This document shows, one piece after another, positions 1 through 12,145 of a stretch of 60,703 nt of DNA. Each line of letters begins with the position of its first letter. Positions within the stretch are counted from its first letter, which is position 1. Position numbers and translations under genes: made by a program. Source of the stretch: Octopus bimaculoides (taxonomy: Eukaryota); assembly GCF_001194135.2 (NCBI RefSeq), contig NC_068984.1:109554830-109615532 (forward strand). The letters run 5' to 3'. Below the pieces are notes generated by a model. That model searched no databases. It was not told where the DNA came from and saw nothing but the letters and a program-made list of their open reading frames with translations.

Positions 1-66
<66 letters not shown>
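1..66. repeat. (TC)n microsatellite
   Basis: Pure TC dinucleotide run. Confidence 0.95.
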
Positions 67-68
<2 letters not shown>

Positions 69-69
69 A

Positions 70-610
70 CAGTCATATATGTATATATAGTGTCAGGTCA
101 CTTGTGAGGTCTGTCATGAGTGCTACTCGTAACATGGAATTCATTACAACCTAGGTTTGCCTGGTAAGGAGGGTTGCTAGAAGCCCAAAAGAAGGTTTGT
201 TAAAAGGACTGTTGAACCTAGTGTGGGTTCAACGACTATCTAGCAATAGCATGGTCCCTCAGAAATTCCACGTTGATGTCCAGCGTACCGATAGATCACT
301 GGGGGAGGGATAGCCCTTAGCTTTTGCTAAAGCATGTCTCTAGGAAAAGGTCACTCTGACATATAAAATCAGATATGCACGGAATAGCATTGAAGGTTTT
401 GGGGATCTTTTACTTGCACTTGAGATCATGGTGATCCCACGTTCCTGAGTATGCGATGCACATTGATACTGGACATCTTGCCCTGGATTGGTTCTGGATA
501 ATATCAATAGCGTGAAGAGGATATGTGAGGTGTTGTGAAAGGCTTATTGAACCTAGAATTTTGTGTCGTACAATCACTATCAAGACAATTATAAGATGCC
601 CGATCGAATG
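70..610 (-). mobile_element. Degenerate 3' end of a CR1/L2/Jockey-like LINE
   Basis: Minus strand reads ...RSPKTFNAIP..., resembling the RGPxLFNxLP C-terminal ORF2 motif, followed by a putative 3' UTR ending at the (GA)n tract. Stops and frameshifts present. Confidence 0.4.
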
Positions 611-741
611 AGAGGGTGCCGCGGCAAGCATGGATGCAGCGGAAGCGAATCCGAGTGAGGCCGACTGCGGTTACAATAATCCCTTGCAGGTGCATTGTTA
701 GCATTTTGCGTGATGTCATTCCTCGGTCACGAGTGGACAAC

Positions 742-820
742 CACCACCACCACCACCACCACCACCACCAAAACCACCACCACCACCGCCGCCGCCGCCA
801 CCGAAAGCCACCACCAAGAT
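742..820. repeat. (CAC)n/(CGC)n triplet repeat
   Basis: Direct reading; explains the poly-His and poly-Trp ORFs. Confidence 0.9.
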
Positions 821-859
821 TATCGTTTCGAATCCTTGTCTGTGTGAAGCGCTTGTGTT

Positions 860-990
860 CCTGGGCAAAACACTTCATTTCACGTTGCTATAGTCCACCT
901 AGCTGGTAAAACAAATAATTCTACAACGGACCGGTATACCATCCAGGGAGGAATACATGCGCCAGGGCAGGAAACCATGGAAATCGACCC
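860..990 (+). mobile_element. SINE family D, partial (core plus V-like tail)
   Basis: ctgggcaaaacacttcatttcacgttgctatagtccacctagctgg matches the core at 24725-24780; tail resembles 22310-22420 (-). Confidence 0.55.
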
Positions 991-3051
991 TAAGCTCCTT
1001 ACAGAAAAATGTGGACTAACCACCATCCATATCCATTCATTAATCTTTCAAAGAGCCATGTTAAATAGTAATTACATCTTTAAAATTGAGCTTTCATTTT
1101 TACCTGACAATCACAAGTGGAAATACTAGTTTGGCTTCTAAAGACATCAATTAAACATTTCTTTTCTCAAATGCTTAAGCCATTATAGGATTTGTACTTC
1201 AGCCGTCTGGACTGATTTGTTTTAGGCTTTTGCCACCGCTCAAAAGAAAAATATTCCAGGTAGAGATTTATTGCGTTTTTATTCATTTTTGTTTTACATT
1301 ATTTATTTATCATCTGCACTACTTGTGTGAGTTTTCTTCTGTGAATTAATTGTTTTCAAGATCGATGTTCGAAGTTATGCTATTCTTGTATTATTTATCA
1401 CTATCTATTCTTGTTCCGTTGGATTGATGCATTTGATTTTCCCCATGTGTCAGCTAGATACATGCAGTGGAAGACCATCAGTTGTTGCTGTGCTCCCTAT
1501 ATTTTCGAAGCGTTTTTTTTCTTTCTTTTCTCCCTCTCTCGCTCTGTGTCTTTTATTTTTTTCATTAGTATCTCTGCTAACTAGCTGGTAGTAATTTATG
1601 AATGTTCTTGTGGAACATGACAATATTTTGACAAGCAAGAAAACAACAGAGACAGCAGAAGGGAGAGAAAAAAAGTAAGAAAAGTAGAGAAAGAGGCTGC
1701 AAAAGAAAAGAATGAATAGAAATATACAGTATATAAGCTAATTTGTTTGCATCTCAATTACATTTGTTATAGTGAAAGTTTAGAAATCACATCAGGGAAA
1801 CTTCAGAAGTCATTTCAAGACATATACCGTATGTTTAGTTTAGCAATTTAACACTTTTCTCAACAATAACATATGAATAAGCTTACAAATATTATTTATA
1901 TATATATATATATATATNNNNNNNNNNNNNNNNNNNNNNNNNNNNNNNNNNNNNNNNNNNNNNNNNNNNNNNNNNNNNNNNNNNNNNNNNNNNNNNNNNN
2001 NNNNNNNNNNNNNNNNNNNNNNNNNNNNNNNNNNNNNNNNNNNNNNNNNNNNNNNNNNNNNNNNNNNNNNNNNNNNNNNNNNNNNNNNNNNNNNNNNNNN
2101 NNNNNNNNNNNNNNNNNNNNNNNNNNNNNNNNNNNNNNNNNNNNNNNNNNNNNNNNNNNNNNNNNNNNNNNNNNNNNNNNNNNNNNNNNNNNNNNNNNNN
2201 NNNNNNNNNNNNNNNNNNNNNNNNNNNNNNNNNNNNNNNNNNNNNNNNNNNNNNNNNNNNNNNNNNNNNNNNNNNNNNNNNNNNNNNNNNNNNNNNNNNN
2301 NNNNATATATATATATATATACATATGTGTGTGTGTGTGTGTGTGTGTGTGTATAAAGAGAAAGCTTGACGGATGTTATTGAGGAAAGAAGAATCAGAAA
2401 AGGGAAAGTGAAGAAGGAGGCATAACTCTATAATGGAACTCGGAGAATGATGGAAGCGTTTGCATGTGTTCTCTCTGCACCTTGTATGTCAATGGGCGTA
2501 TGTGTAGCTCAAATACCGAGCCCTCACACTAAAAACGCAGCGTGTGGTTTACTGTTTCTCTTTTATCTTAACACTGGTAAATACAGTCATTTCCAGCTGT
2601 CAATAGGAGTAACATGAAACATAAACAGCGAAATAGTACAGACTAAGAATGATTTCTTCGCTGATGGTTGATATTTTTCATACCAAGCCAGTGTACAAAT
2701 CTTGAGAATTTACATAAATATTCATTCATCTCTACTCCGGTAGTTATGACGAAATGTACGATTCGCTGAGGAGTTATAACCTGGCCGAAACATATTGGGA
2801 GTTGTCTCGTAGATTTTCCAAATGTATCAAAATTATATTAGGCTAAAGCTAAGTCTGATTTTGCTTCACCACGTAACATTTCCCGCTAGCAATTTTCTAC
2901 GGTTCCTGCATGAAATATATTGGCACCTGCTTAATTAAAGATTACAAAATATGCTTCGCTAGCTCGCTGAAAGCAGTAGAGCTTTACTAGCATTGAAACT
3001 GGAAGGTCAGTTGTGTATTAGCTTAAATTTACATTATCTATACGGTCTATG

Positions 3052-3175
3052 GGCACAGAAGTGACTGTGTGGCAAGGCGTTTGCTTCCCAACCACATGGT
3101 TCCATGTTCAGTCCCACTGCGTCTCACCTTGGAGAAGTGTCTTCTACTATAGCCTCGAGCCGACCAAATCCATGT
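3052..3175 (+). mobile_element. SINE family A, 5' part (tRNA head plus CORE-like block)
   Basis: gtgactgtgtggcaag...gttcagtcccactgcg...caccttggagaagtgtcttctactatagcc; matches the reverse complement of 10140-10278; ends at a gap. Confidence 0.8.
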
Positions 3176-3741
3176 NNNNNNNNNNTCAGTTTTCATCTAC
3201 CAAATCCCCTCACAAGGGGATTTGGTAGATGGAAACTGATCAAGTTAGGCACAGTGAAAGAAAAATTTCACTTGGAATCCAATAGAGAAAAGAATATTGA
3301 CTGTTAAACTCTAAGAATTATTCAGATATTTTATTTGCAACCTCAATTACAGTCGGGGCAAAATTAAGGAAAAATGTCTTGAACAAAAAATGTACCTTTC
3401 ATCCGACGCTATTTCAAATTCTCTCAACATCAACAACAACAACTATGCCGACCAATTTTTACTCCTAGATATAATGTAGCAACACAGAACGGTGATGAAA
3501 TATTTGCAATGTTATGATTTCAAACAGGCAGAAAGAAAATAACAAGAAATGAGAAATTACTAATTTTGTCCCACTCCTTGTACATAATGTATAACAACAT
3601 TTAGACGTACTTAATAGAAACACTTCCATTGTCTTAAAATTTACACTTATGGACATCGTTTATTATCATATTTACCTCTTGTAATCATTTTTTTTGTCCT
3701 TTTCAAGCACTTTCAGCCAATGATATAGTTTATATCATTGG

Positions 3742-4353
<612 letters not shown>

Positions 4354-4849
4354 ATTTGAATATTCATTATCAAAATTCCACTTTATCCATCGTGTTTTAA
4401 CACAGGATGCAATAAGTCCTTTTCCTGGCAAAAGTATTCAGTATTTAATCAAGTAAAGATGGTTTAAATGAATCAGTTACAGAACAAAGCTTAAAGATAT
4501 TCTTTTTTTATGTCATTAGAAATTATTAGTTTTTTTGTCCGTTTGTTTTTGTTCTTTCTTCTATTTGATGAAGAGTATTCCAAAATAGGAATAAGAGAGC
4601 CAAAAGGATTCTTAAACAGTACAAAGGTGAGAGAAGTAAGGCAGAAGAAGAAAAAGAAGGAAGATTAAAAAAAAAAATGAATAAGTGAAAGAGAGAAAGA
4701 GAAAAGAGAGAGGACGAAGTCGAAGGAAAATAAGAAGAGAAAGAGAGGAAAGCATGGAAGTGGAGAGGTGAGAGTGGTAGATTACAAAGCAATAACAGTA
4801 ACCAAATCAGAGAATGTGCAAATATTAATGAGATTATTGGGCAATCGTC

Positions 4850-5120
4850 GTCATTGTAGTCGTCATCATCATGATCATAATCATGTTGACGACCATCATG
4901 ATCATCATCATTACCACCATCATCACTATTACCATCATCATCACTATCATCATCTTCATCATTACCACCACCACCACCAGCACCACCAGCACCAGCACCA
5001 CCACCACCACCACCACCATCATCACTATCACCACCATCATCATCATCATTGTCGTCGTCGTCGTCATCATCATTATCATAATCAGCAGTAGTGGCATCGG
5101 CGTTAACAGCAGCAGCAGCA
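4850..5120. repeat. Mixed CAT/CAC/CAG/CGT low-complexity tract
   Basis: Direct reading; source of the 4526-5164 spurious ORFs. Confidence 0.9.
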
Positions 5121-5296
5121 TCCTCGACCGGAGTTGATTCTTTTATTACCAATAATGAGTCCATCAGATGAAACCCAATAGGTTTTAATGGTGAAAATTC
5201 TATATTTGAAAATCTGCCACAAGCTGAATATAAGCAATTTCGTTAATTGTGAATTTGGGTGCATATGGTCTACTATTACTACTACTACTACTACTA

Positions 5297-5332
<36 letters not shown>

Positions 5333-5454
5333 NNNNNNNNNNNNNNNNNNNNNNNNNNNNNNNNNNNNNNNNNNNNNNNNNNNNNNNNNNNNNNNNNNNN
5401 NNNNNNNNNNNNNNNNNNNNNNNNNNNNNNNNNNNNNNNNNNNNNNNNNNNNNN

Positions 5455-5492
<38 letters not shown>

Positions 5493-5787
5493 ATATATGT
5501 ATGATTATACGTATATATATGTATGATTATACGTATATACATATATACATGTATGTTTAGATGTATGTAATCATTTATATGTAATTTATTACACTACGAA
5601 TTTTTCCATTGATTGTTTAGATCAATTTTCTTCCATCTGTGTGTTCTCTCATTCTAACACTTATATATATACATATATACATACATACATGTATATATAT
5701 ATATACATATTTATGTATATATATATACATATATATATATATGCAAATACGTATATATATATATAAATATATATACATATATACATA

Positions 5788-5830
<43 letters not shown>

Positions 5831-6691
5831 NNNNNNNNNNNNNNNNNNNNNNNNNNNNNNNNNNNNNNNNNNNNNNNNNNNNNNNNNNNNNNNNNNNNNN
5901 NNNNNNNNNNNNNNNNNNNNNNNNNNNNNNNNNNNNNNNNNNNNNNNNNNNNNNNNNNNNNNNNNNNNNNNNNNNNNNNNNNNNNNNNNNNNNNNNNNNN
6001 NNNNNNNNNNNNNNNNNNNNNNNNNNNNNNNNNNNNNNNNNNNNNNNNNNNNNNNNNNNNNNNNNNNNNNNNNNNNNNNNNNNNNNNNNNNNNNNNNNNN
6101 NNNNNNNATATATACATATATATATATATGAACCACTCTCTGTCTATATACGTTTGTCAGGGATTTTCATTGTCTTTTACTTTTCCTTTTTGTTGTCTTG
6201 GGCAAGGTTTCGTACCGGATCATAACTTGTTGCATATCTAATCAGTTATTGGCAAACAAAGATTAACAATTATTTTTACTCTTACTGTTATTTTCTTTTA
6301 GAAATATTCTTGGCTCTTACTTATTTGGAATTCCATTTGTTTTATCTTTATTTTTTAACCTTTTATCAGATTTTCAGCTTCATCAGTTTTTTGGTAGAAG
6401 ATACTCTGTTGTACTGTATGTTTCGTAATATCATTTTCAGCAACTGAAATATGTTCTTAAAAATATCGTTTGAAATGTTTTTTGATGCCTTGTGTCATTC
6501 CTTCAGGAAGTTTTAAAACAAGCTAACAGAAATGATCAAATTAAAAAAACGTTAAGTGGAAGAATTCAATGGGGTTTTAACAACATGGATTTAAATAATT
6601 CGAATAGCATACTAAATAATATTCTAAAGTTCTGAAATCTTCATCTAAGGTGGAAAAAGAAAATATATACCTAGTTTTAATTACTGATATT

Positions 6692-6897
6692 AAATTTTGG
6701 CACAAGGCCAACAGTTTGAGGGAAAGGGTAAGTCGATTACATCGACCCCAGTACTCAGCTGATACTTATTTTATCGACCCCGAAGGATGAAGGGGAAAGT
6801 TGATCTCGGCGGAATTTGAACTCAGAACATGAAAATGAGCGAAATGCCGATAAGTATTTCGCCCGGCGAGCTAACGGTGTTACCAGCTCACAGCCCT
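6692..6897 (-). mobile_element. SINE family B (about 210 bp, tRNA head)
   Basis: Reverse complement of 16450-16663: box B gttctgagttcaaattccgccgag and block ggggtcgataaaataagta..ag. Confidence 0.85.
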
Positions 6898-7621
6898 ACA
6901 CCAAGTTTTAATTATTGGCGACACTCCAAATAAGGGGAGATCATTACAAAAAATTAAGAATTCATCTCTTCAGATTAATTCTAATATTTAGATTAAGTGC
7001 AGTTTGGTTAATTCTTGTCGGTAAGGGGTGGCTGGGAAATTTTATTGTACACCTAAATCAGTGAAGAAGAACCTCTCAGTCACTAGACTTACAATAAACA
7101 AAATTGCATTGAAATTTCCTTCAAATCACTTCATAGTGTCGTCAAAAAATAAAAAGACATCTTAAGAATCTAAAAATTTCAAGAGAACGTGAGACGATTA
7201 ATTTTTCCGGTTGATTTCGAAGTAGAAAAAGCTATAAATAACAGCGTGCAAATATTAGGTTAAAAATCCTTTTAGATAGAAAATGTGGAAGACTTTTGGT
7301 AGAACGCTTTTCAAATTTACTGAAGATATAGGTTCGTGTCACACGGGCACCCTTGCTATTGCATGTAGCTCTATCTACTTTGAATTCGACCACTAAAAAA
7401 AAAATTTGTTTGGACACTCAGAGAACATTTTATTGTGTCCTTTTCTTATAAAGTCTCCCCTGGAGACTTTAACTCCCTTTTCAGGAATATCACGCCATAG
7501 TGTTGAGGATTGTTTCGCTTTTTTTCTCTTGCACTCATGTTTGTTTTATAATGTTTCGAGTAAGGATTTAAAGTAAAATATAGGAAAAAGAAAAGAGAAC
7601 GTAAGGGTTAACATAAAATTG

Positions 7622-7780
7622 GGCAGTGTGAGGATTAAACAGGTTGAATTGTACAAGTATCTTGGAGCCCAGATCAGTGGTGAAGTCACATGCAAGAAAT
7701 AATTTAGGACATGTCTAGCCATGACAATAATCTCCATGGAAAAGCTTAATAGTATCTGGAACAAGAGTATCTCAAGAGTC
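7622..7780 (+). mobile_element. RTE-clade LINE RT fragment
   Basis: GSVRIKQVELYKYLGAQISGEVTCKK*FRTCLAMTIISMEKLNSIWNKSIS matches the RTE pattern VxxFKYLGxxI...EIxxRI...LxxIW; one in-frame stop. Confidence 0.75.
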
Positions 7781-7815
7781 CGTTATGGATACTAGCTTTT
7801 AGATATGGTTTATAA

Positions 7816-8061
7816 CAGCGGTTCTCAACCATTTTTTACCTATGGACCTCTGTTGATTCTTATTTTGCTCGGTTGGACCCTCATTTGATGTTTAAAAAAT
7901 CCTATTAAATTTTTATAATTAAATATAAGGAACTATATTAAAGAAATGTCAAAATACATTGTGTGTTGTAAGAGTACAACCGATTTTTTGCACATAAATT
8001 TTAGAAACAAAATCGTATGTGGACTCCCAAAGGTCATATGGGTCCTGGTTGAGGAACACTA
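7816..8061. mobile_element. hAT (Charlie-type) MITE, 246 bp
   Basis: Ends CAGCGGTTCTCAACC and GGTTGAGGAACACTA; exact 8-bp TSD GTTTATAA at 7808-7815 and 8062-8069. Confidence 0.85.
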
Positions 8062-8139
8062 GTTTATAACATTAATGGATAACAGATAAATCTCAGACAG
8101 CCGCTGGATAAGATGGAAATCTATCATCGATAGTATAGT

Positions 8140-8355
8140 TTGTGTCCTTGAGCAAGACACTTTACTTCTTGTTGTTGCAGTCCAAACAGCTGGCAAAAAT
8201 GATTTACACCTGTAATTCAAAGGGCCAGCTTTTTCATATTCGATGCGTCACGTTGTGTTTGTGGAGTGTTCAGCTAGTTGTGCTTTAATTTCACGAACAA
8301 GCTGTTCTGTTGATCGAATCAGCTGAAATGGTCGTCGACGTATCAAACGGAGGCG
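8140..8355 (+). mobile_element. SINE family D, degenerate, 5'-truncated
   Basis: tgtgtccttgagcaagacacttt core and tail aligning to 24720-24957. Confidence 0.7.
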
Positions 8356-8362
8356 GTGTTGC

Positions 8363-9190
8363 CATTAGCAACAGATATTCGTGTTACTAGACAATAACAT
8401 TTGCGATAGCTTCTCTTTCTTTCCCCCATTATCATTTTGCTATCTCTGTGTCTTTTACCTTCTCTTACTGTCTTTTAAAACTTTTCCGAGTTCTTTTTTT
8501 CCCAGTCATTAGCAACAAATATTCATGTTGCCAGAAAATAGCACTAGCAAAGACCTTTTTTCTCTCTCGCACTTTCTCTCTCTCCCTCTCTCACTCCCTC
8601 TTTCACTCTCTCCCTGCCTTTGTCTTTCTTACTCTCTCTGTCTCTCTTCCTTTGTTAATTTCCAGACATCAGGAACAAACGTTCGTGTTAAGAGACAAAA
8701 GCATAAGCAATAGCTGCACCCTCTCTCTCTGTCTCTCTCTATATGTTCATTTTACCTCCCTCTATCTATCTCTTTCTCACTCTCTCAATTCCCTTTTTTC
8801 TCTTCTGTCTTTTTTCTCAGACATTAGCAACAAATACTTATGTAGCCACACCAGGGCAATAACAGTACATGTTGCTATCGCTTCTCTCTTACTTTCCCAT
8901 CTACTCTTTCTCTCCCCCTCTCCTCCTCTCCCTCTCTCAAATGCATACGCATACATACACATTCATACACACTCACTCCTTCTAGTTCTATTTATAAATA
9001 TTAGAACATTCAATCAATACTCCACTCGAGTGTTCAAACTATGACATCACCAATAATTGCTTCCTATCGTTATTTCTTCTTATAGTTTTTTTCTCTCTCC
9101 CTTCTCTCTCTTCTCTTCCATTCATTCCCCTCTTTCTTTCTCTCTCTGTTCGGTGACCAATTTATAAACATTAGCATCAACTGCACAACT
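8363..9190. repeat. Degenerate minisatellite, about 145-160 bp period
   Basis: Motif cat(t/c)ag(c/g)aaca(a/g)a.. at 8363, 8507, 8667, 8822 (weaker near 9000 and 9168), separated by TC-rich spacers. Confidence 0.55.
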
Positions 9191-9318
9191 TGTCCACTAC
9201 TTTCTCAGAGACAGTTCCACGAAGTTTTTACAAGAACAACAATTTTATCTTATACATTAAAAAAATGAATAAATAAAACAAAGAAATTTAACTTTCGCTT
9301 TTTGGTAGTTTTACTTCA

Positions 9319-9695
9319 GTGGAGGCGCAATGGCCCAGTGGTTAGGGCAGCGGACTCGCGGTCATAGGACCGCAGTTTCGATTCCCAGACCGGGCATTGT
9401 GAGTGTTTATTGAGCGAAAACATCTGAGGCTCCGGCAGGGGACGGTGGGGAACCCTGCTGTACTCTTTCACCACAACTTTCTCTCACTCTTACTTCCTGT
9501 TTCTGTTGTACCTGTATTTCAAAGGGTCGGCCTTGTCACACTGTGTCACGCTGAATATCCCCGAGAACTACGTTAAGGGTACACGTGTCTGTGTTGTGCT
9601 CAGCCATTTGCACGTTAATTTCACGAGCAGGCTGTGCCGTTGATCGGATCAACTGGAATCTTCAACGTTGTAAGCAACGGAGTGCCAACAACAAC
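9319..9695 (+). mobile_element. SINE family C, full length with TSD
   Basis: tRNA-like head GGAGGCGCAATGGCCCAGTGGTTAGG...GTTTCGATTCCCAGACC; tail (CAA)n; 12-bp direct repeat agttttacttca at 9307-9318 and 9696-9707. Confidence 0.9.
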
Positions 9696-9746
9696 AGTTT
9701 TACTTCAAGCTAAAGAATGCAGATTTAATTTTTTCTTTTAGATATA

Positions 9747-10074
9747 CAGTAATCCTTCGACTATCGCGGGTGTTACTATCCAAAACCCCCGCGATAGGTG
9801 AAAATACGCGATGTAGAAATAGTACTGTACAGTATATTTATTATTATTTTTGTAATTTGTATATTCTCTTTTACTCTTTTACTGGTTTCAGTCATTTGAC
9901 TACGGCCATGCTGGAGCACCGCCTTTAGTCGAGCAAATCGACCTCAGGATTTATTCATTGTAAGCCTAGCACTTATTCCATCGGTCTCTTAGGCCAAACC
10001 GCTAAGTTACGGGGACGTAAACACACCGGCATTGGTTGTCAAGCGATGTTGGGGAGACAAACACAGACCCCCCC

Positions 10075-10111
<37 letters not shown>

Positions 10112-10381
10112 TACGACGGGATTTTTTTTCAGTTTCCGTCTACCAAATCCACTCACAAGGCTTTGGTCGGCCCGAGGCTATAGTAGAAGACACTTGCCCA
10201 AGGTGCCACGCAGTGGAACTGAACCCGGAATCATGTGGTTGGTAAGCAAGCTACTTACCACACACCCACTCCTGCGCCAATAATTTTATTATAAAAGCAA
10301 AATAACACCACGGAGGAATCGACATAAGCGTATAAATAATAAACCGCGATAGGTGAATCGAGATATGACGACAGATTACTG
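9747..10381. mobile_element. Tigger/pogo-like (Tc1-mariner superfamily) MITE carrying a nested SINE
   Basis: TA|CAGTAATCCTTCGACTATCGCG left end; right end reverse complement CAGTAATCTGTCGTCATATCTCG|TA; internal ccgcgataggtgaa near both ends. Confidence 0.75.
9866..10278 (-). mobile_element. SINE family A, full length
   Basis: Head GGCGCAGGAGTGGGTGTGTGGTAAG...CCGGGTTCAGTTCC, CORE-like GGCACCTTGGGCAAGTGTCTT, internal (TA)n, tail (TAAAAGAG)n. Confidence 0.9.
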
Positions 10382-10392
10382 TATTCAATAAT

Positions 10393-10735
10393 TCTTTTAC
10401 TTGTTTCAGTTACTTGATTGCAGCCATGCTGGAACACCGCCTTAAAGGTCTTTTTGGTCGAAGAAAGCGACCCCAGGACTTATTCTTTGTAAGCTTAGCA
10501 TTTATTCTATTGTTGACTTTTGCCGAACCGCTATGTTACCGGGAAGTTAACACACCATAATCAGTTGTCAAGCGATGGCAGGGGTACAAACAGAGACACA
10601 CACACGTATAAATATCCATATATATATACACGACTGGCTTCTTTCAGTTTCCGTCTACCAAATCCACAAAGTTTTGGTAGGCCCGAGTCTAGAGCAGAAG
10701 ACACTTGCCCAAGGTGTAATGAAACGGGATGGTTG
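10393..10735 (-). mobile_element. SINE family A-related, 5'-truncated
   Basis: Aligns to 9866-10200. Confidence 0.8.
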
Positions 10736-11009
10736 TAAGACTACATGCACATAAAATAAATATGGCGTCTATATGTAAAATCTAAGCTGTGATAATCGCC
10801 AAAGTCAGGCGAGAGATATCGCAGAGTTGTACTCAATTCTAAGGACAAAAAGAAAACAAATTATATGTGGTTCAAGGTAGAAAGTTTAGTTACTACACGT
10901 TAAATAGTAATAGCCTTTTAAGTGCTTACTGCTAGAAGAACAAATTATGGACGCAAACAGTATCAGAAACAGTAAAAACAACAAGCCCCAGAAATATTCC
11001 TTTCTATTA

Positions 11010-11200
11010 CAGGCACAAGGCCTGATATTTGGGGAAAGGTGCTACTCGAATACATTGACCAAAGTGTTCAACTGATACTTTTTTATCGACCACAAAATGA
11101 TGGAAAGCAAAGACGAACTCGGTGATATTTGAAATCAGAACGTAATGGCATGCGAAATACCGTTAGCATTTCGTCCTGAGCGTTAACGACTCTGCCACCT
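11010..11200 (-). mobile_element. SINE family B, diverged
   Basis: Aligns to 6692-6897. Confidence 0.75.
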
Positions 11201-11239
11201 GAGCAGACTTGAGCCCAATAAATAATACATTCTACTCAA

Positions 11240-11432
11240 TGCACAAGGTCTGAAATACTGAGTGAGCGGAAAAGTCCATTACATAGACCCCAGTGATCAT
11301 TTGGTACACATTTTGTCGACCCCGAAAGGCAAAGGCGACCTCGGTGGACTTCGACCTCAGAACGTAAAGACAGATGAAATACCACTAAAAAATTTTGTCC
11401 GGCAAGTTAAGGATTCTGCCAGCTATGAGGCC
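11240..11432 (-). mobile_element. SINE family B, diverged
   Basis: Aligns to 6692-6897. Confidence 0.75.
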
Positions 11433-11731
11433 TTAAATCACATGAATTATGATAGTAGGTTCGACAAACAACTGAATTCCAGGTTCTTCCGTTTGCATTA
11501 CAGGAAATAGCGAAAGAAAACTTGTTCTATCATCGGGGTCAGATGGCGTTGTCACGGTGCCCGAGAACGGCCTCCTCTTTCATTTCAGAACCACTAAATA
11601 CATACCATTGTTTTTCGACAACGGGAATGAGATACAGATTGGACGGGGCTGAGATAGTATTGATATCAGAGAAAAAGAGAAACAGAAGCGAATTAGGATG
11701 AATACCGAAATTTGTCAATGAAGAATCCATA

Positions 11732-11978
11732 TAGTGGGTCTCAACCATTTATTGCTTGTGGATCTATTTGATGCATATTTTACTCTCTTGCTACCCATCT
11801 CATGTTAAGAAAAAAAATCTTATACTTTTATAATCAAAATATTATTAGGAATTGTATTAGAAATTGTTAGAATATTTTGTGCATTGTATATGTATCATCA
11901 GTTTATTGCTCATAAATTTTAAAAGCAAAATTTTATATGGACCCGCAAGGGTCACATGACCTCCGTTGAAAATCACTG
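11732..11978. mobile_element. Second, older copy of the Charlie-type MITE
   Basis: Ends TAGTGGGTCTCAACC and CGTTGAAAATCACTG; internal similarity to 7816-8061 and nearly the same length; flanks aatccata/aattgatg match 5/8. Confidence 0.7.
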
Positions 11979-12145
11979 AATTGATGGATTTACTGAAGAG
12001 ACGGAAAGACAAAAATGGCAACTATGTGTTGACTGAAGAAGAGATCACGTCTGATTTTACGGAGAGTTTGAATGATAGATTGTTGGCGAAAATACATTAG
12101 CAGTATCTAGAATCTATAGTGGAATTACCCAGCGAAGCTACTCAC

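Noticed and set aside
3352-3478. Plus-strand acceptor followed by RGKIKEKCLEQKMYLSSDAISNSLN...*
   Set aside because: Short, no recognisable homology, no partner exons.
4526-5164. 212-aa acidic ORF and overlapping poly-His/poly-Thr ORFs
   Set aside because: Translation of triplet low-complexity DNA, open in several frames on both strands.
6302-6414. Strong acceptor and open hydrophobic frame NILGSYLFGIPFVLSLFF...
   Set aside because: T-rich composition alone can give both the acceptor and the hydrophobic frame; several competing AGs.
9321-9395. tRNA-like sequences at SINE heads (also 19677, 24648, 30660-30704)
   Set aside because: No complete cloverleaf or acceptor stem, and each continues into SINE body sequence; not tRNA genes.
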